This document shows positions 62,211 through 64,000 of a stretch of DNA of 64,000 nt, piece after piece (within the stretch, counting starts at the first letter, position 1; each line of letters starts with the position of its first letter). The notes beneath the pieces are model-generated. The model did no database searches and was not told the origin of the DNA. It worked only from the letters and a program-made list of their open reading frames with translations. Location of the stretch: positions 6,324,001 to 6,388,000 of the forward strand of contig NC_082736.1 in NCBI RefSeq assembly GCF_030144855.1, written 5' to 3'. The position numbers and the translations under genes were made by a program. This DNA comes from Hypanus sabinus (taxonomy: Eukaryota).

Positions 62211-63990
62211 TAGAGATCTAGAAGATTATAAGGCTACTGGGAAGATGCTTAAGGAGGAAATTAGAAGGCCTTGGCAGGCAGGATTAAGGAAAACCCCAAG
62301 GCATTCTACAAGTATGTGAAGAGCAAGAGGAGAAGACATGACAGAATAGGACCTATCAAGCGTGACAGTGGGAAAGCGTGTATGCAACAGGAGGAAAAAG
62401 CAGAGGTACCAGATGAATACTTTACTTCAGTATTCACTATGGAAAAGGATCTTAGTGATTGTCGTGATGACTTGCAGCAGACTGAAAAGCTTGAGCATAC
62501 AGATATTAAGAAAGAGGATGACCTGGAGCTTTTGGAAAGTTGGATAAGTCACTTGGACCAGACGAAATGTACCCCAGGCTACATGGGGTAGGCGAGGGGC
62601 AGAGATTGCTGAGCCTCTAGCAATGATCTTTGCACCATCAATGGGGAAGGGAGAGGTTCCAGAGGATTGGAGGATTGTGGATGTTGTTCCTTTCTTCAAG
62701 AAAGGGAGTAGAGATAACCCAGGAAATTACAGACCCGTGAGTCTTACCTCAGTGGTTGGGAAGATGATGGAGAAGATCCTGAGAGGCAGGATTTATGAAG
62801 ATTTGGAGAGCTATAATATGATCAGGAGTAGTCAGCATGGCTTTGTCAAGGGCAGGATGTGCCTTACAAGCCTGATTGGATTTTTTGAGGATGTAACTAA
62901 ACACATTCATGAAGGAAGAGCAGTAGATATAGTGCATATGGATTTCAGCAAGGCATTTGATAAGGTACCCCGTGCAAGGCTTACTGAGAAAGTAAGGAAG
63001 CATGGGATCCAAGGGGACATTGCTTTGTGGATCCAAAACTCGCTTGCCCACAGAAGGCAAAGAATGGTTGTAGATGGGTCATATTCCGCATGGAGGTCAG
63101 TCACCAGTTCTGGGACCCTTCGTGATCTTTATAAATGGCCTAGATGAGGAAGTGCAGGGATGGGTTGGTAAGTTTGCTGATGACACAAAGGTTGGAGGAG
63201 TAGTGGAACAGTGTGGACGGCTGTCAGAGGTTACGGAGGGACATTGATAGGATGCAAAACTGGGCTGAGGAACGGCAGATGGCGTTCAACCCAGATAAGT
63301 CTGAAGTGGTTCATTTTGATTGGTCAAATATGATGGCAGAATATAGTATTAATGGTAAGTCTCTTTGCAGTGTGGAGGATCAGAGAGATCCTGGGGTCCG
63401 AGTGCACAGACGCTCAAAGCAGCTGCGCAGGTTGACTCAGTGGTCAAAAAGGCATACGGTGTATTGGCCTTCATCAATCGTGGAATTGAATTTAGGAGCC
63501 GAGAGGTAAGGTTGCAGCTATACGCAACCCTGGTCAGAACCCACTTGGAGAACTGTGTTCAGTTCTGGTCACTCCTCTACAGGAAGTTATGTGGAAGCCA
63601 TAGAAAGGGTGCAGAGGAGATTTACAAGGACATTGCCTGGATTGGGGAAAATGCCTTATGAGAATAGGTTGAATGAACTCAGCCTATTCTCTTTGCAGCA
63701 AAGGAGGATGAGAGGTGACCTGATTGAGGTGTACAAGATGATGAGAGGCATTGATCGTGTCGATAGTCAGAGGCTTTTTCCCCAAGGCTAAAATGGCTGC
63801 CACAAGTGGACACAGGTTTAAGGTGCTGGGGAGTAGGTACAGAGGAGATGTCAGGGGTAAGTTTTTTCACTCAGAGAGTGGTGAGTGCATGGAATGGGCT
63901 GCCGGCAACGGTGGTAGAAGTGGATATGATAGGGTCTTTTAAGAGGCTTTTCAATAGGTCCATGGAGCTTCAAAAAAATAGAGAGCTATA
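62210..63990 (+). mobile_element. Degenerate CR1 LINE ORF2
   Basis: KENPKAFYKYVKSKR, PGNYRPVSLTSVVGK, MDFSKAFDKVP, KFADDTK, RRMRGDLIEVYK. Confidence 0.92.
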
Positions 63991-64000
63991 GGTGAGCCTG

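Overview
Repeat-dense vertebrate DNA. The repeat families and histone/zinc-finger context suggest a cartilaginous fish, probably a ray (inference). The core is a decaying replication-dependent histone cluster. It has intact H4 (two inverted, near-identical copies), H1, H2A and H2B genes, each with a 3' stem-loop; an H3 gene with a nonsense codon; an H2B gene whose 3' end is deleted so that it reads into its own stem-loop; and orphan H2A, H3 and H4 promoters. Also present are one tRNA-Asp(GTC) gene, a C2H2 zinc-finger remnant and many degraded CR1, Rex/Babar, L1/Tx1, Nimb-like, Penelope, hAT and Tc1 fragments. Three things stand out. (1) A very young full-length Mag-like Gypsy element has no tRNA PBS; a 16-nt sequence complementary to its own LTR sits in that position (candidate self-priming). 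(2) A 3.2-kb doubly deleted class I ERV fuses the integrase catalytic core in frame to the env TM anchor, and is tandemly duplicated inside a 46-bp satellite. (3) Short Penelope-derived insertions carry minimal hammerhead-ribozyme motifs. Boundaries of old LINE/DNA-transposon fragments are approximate, and all identity estimates were made by eye.
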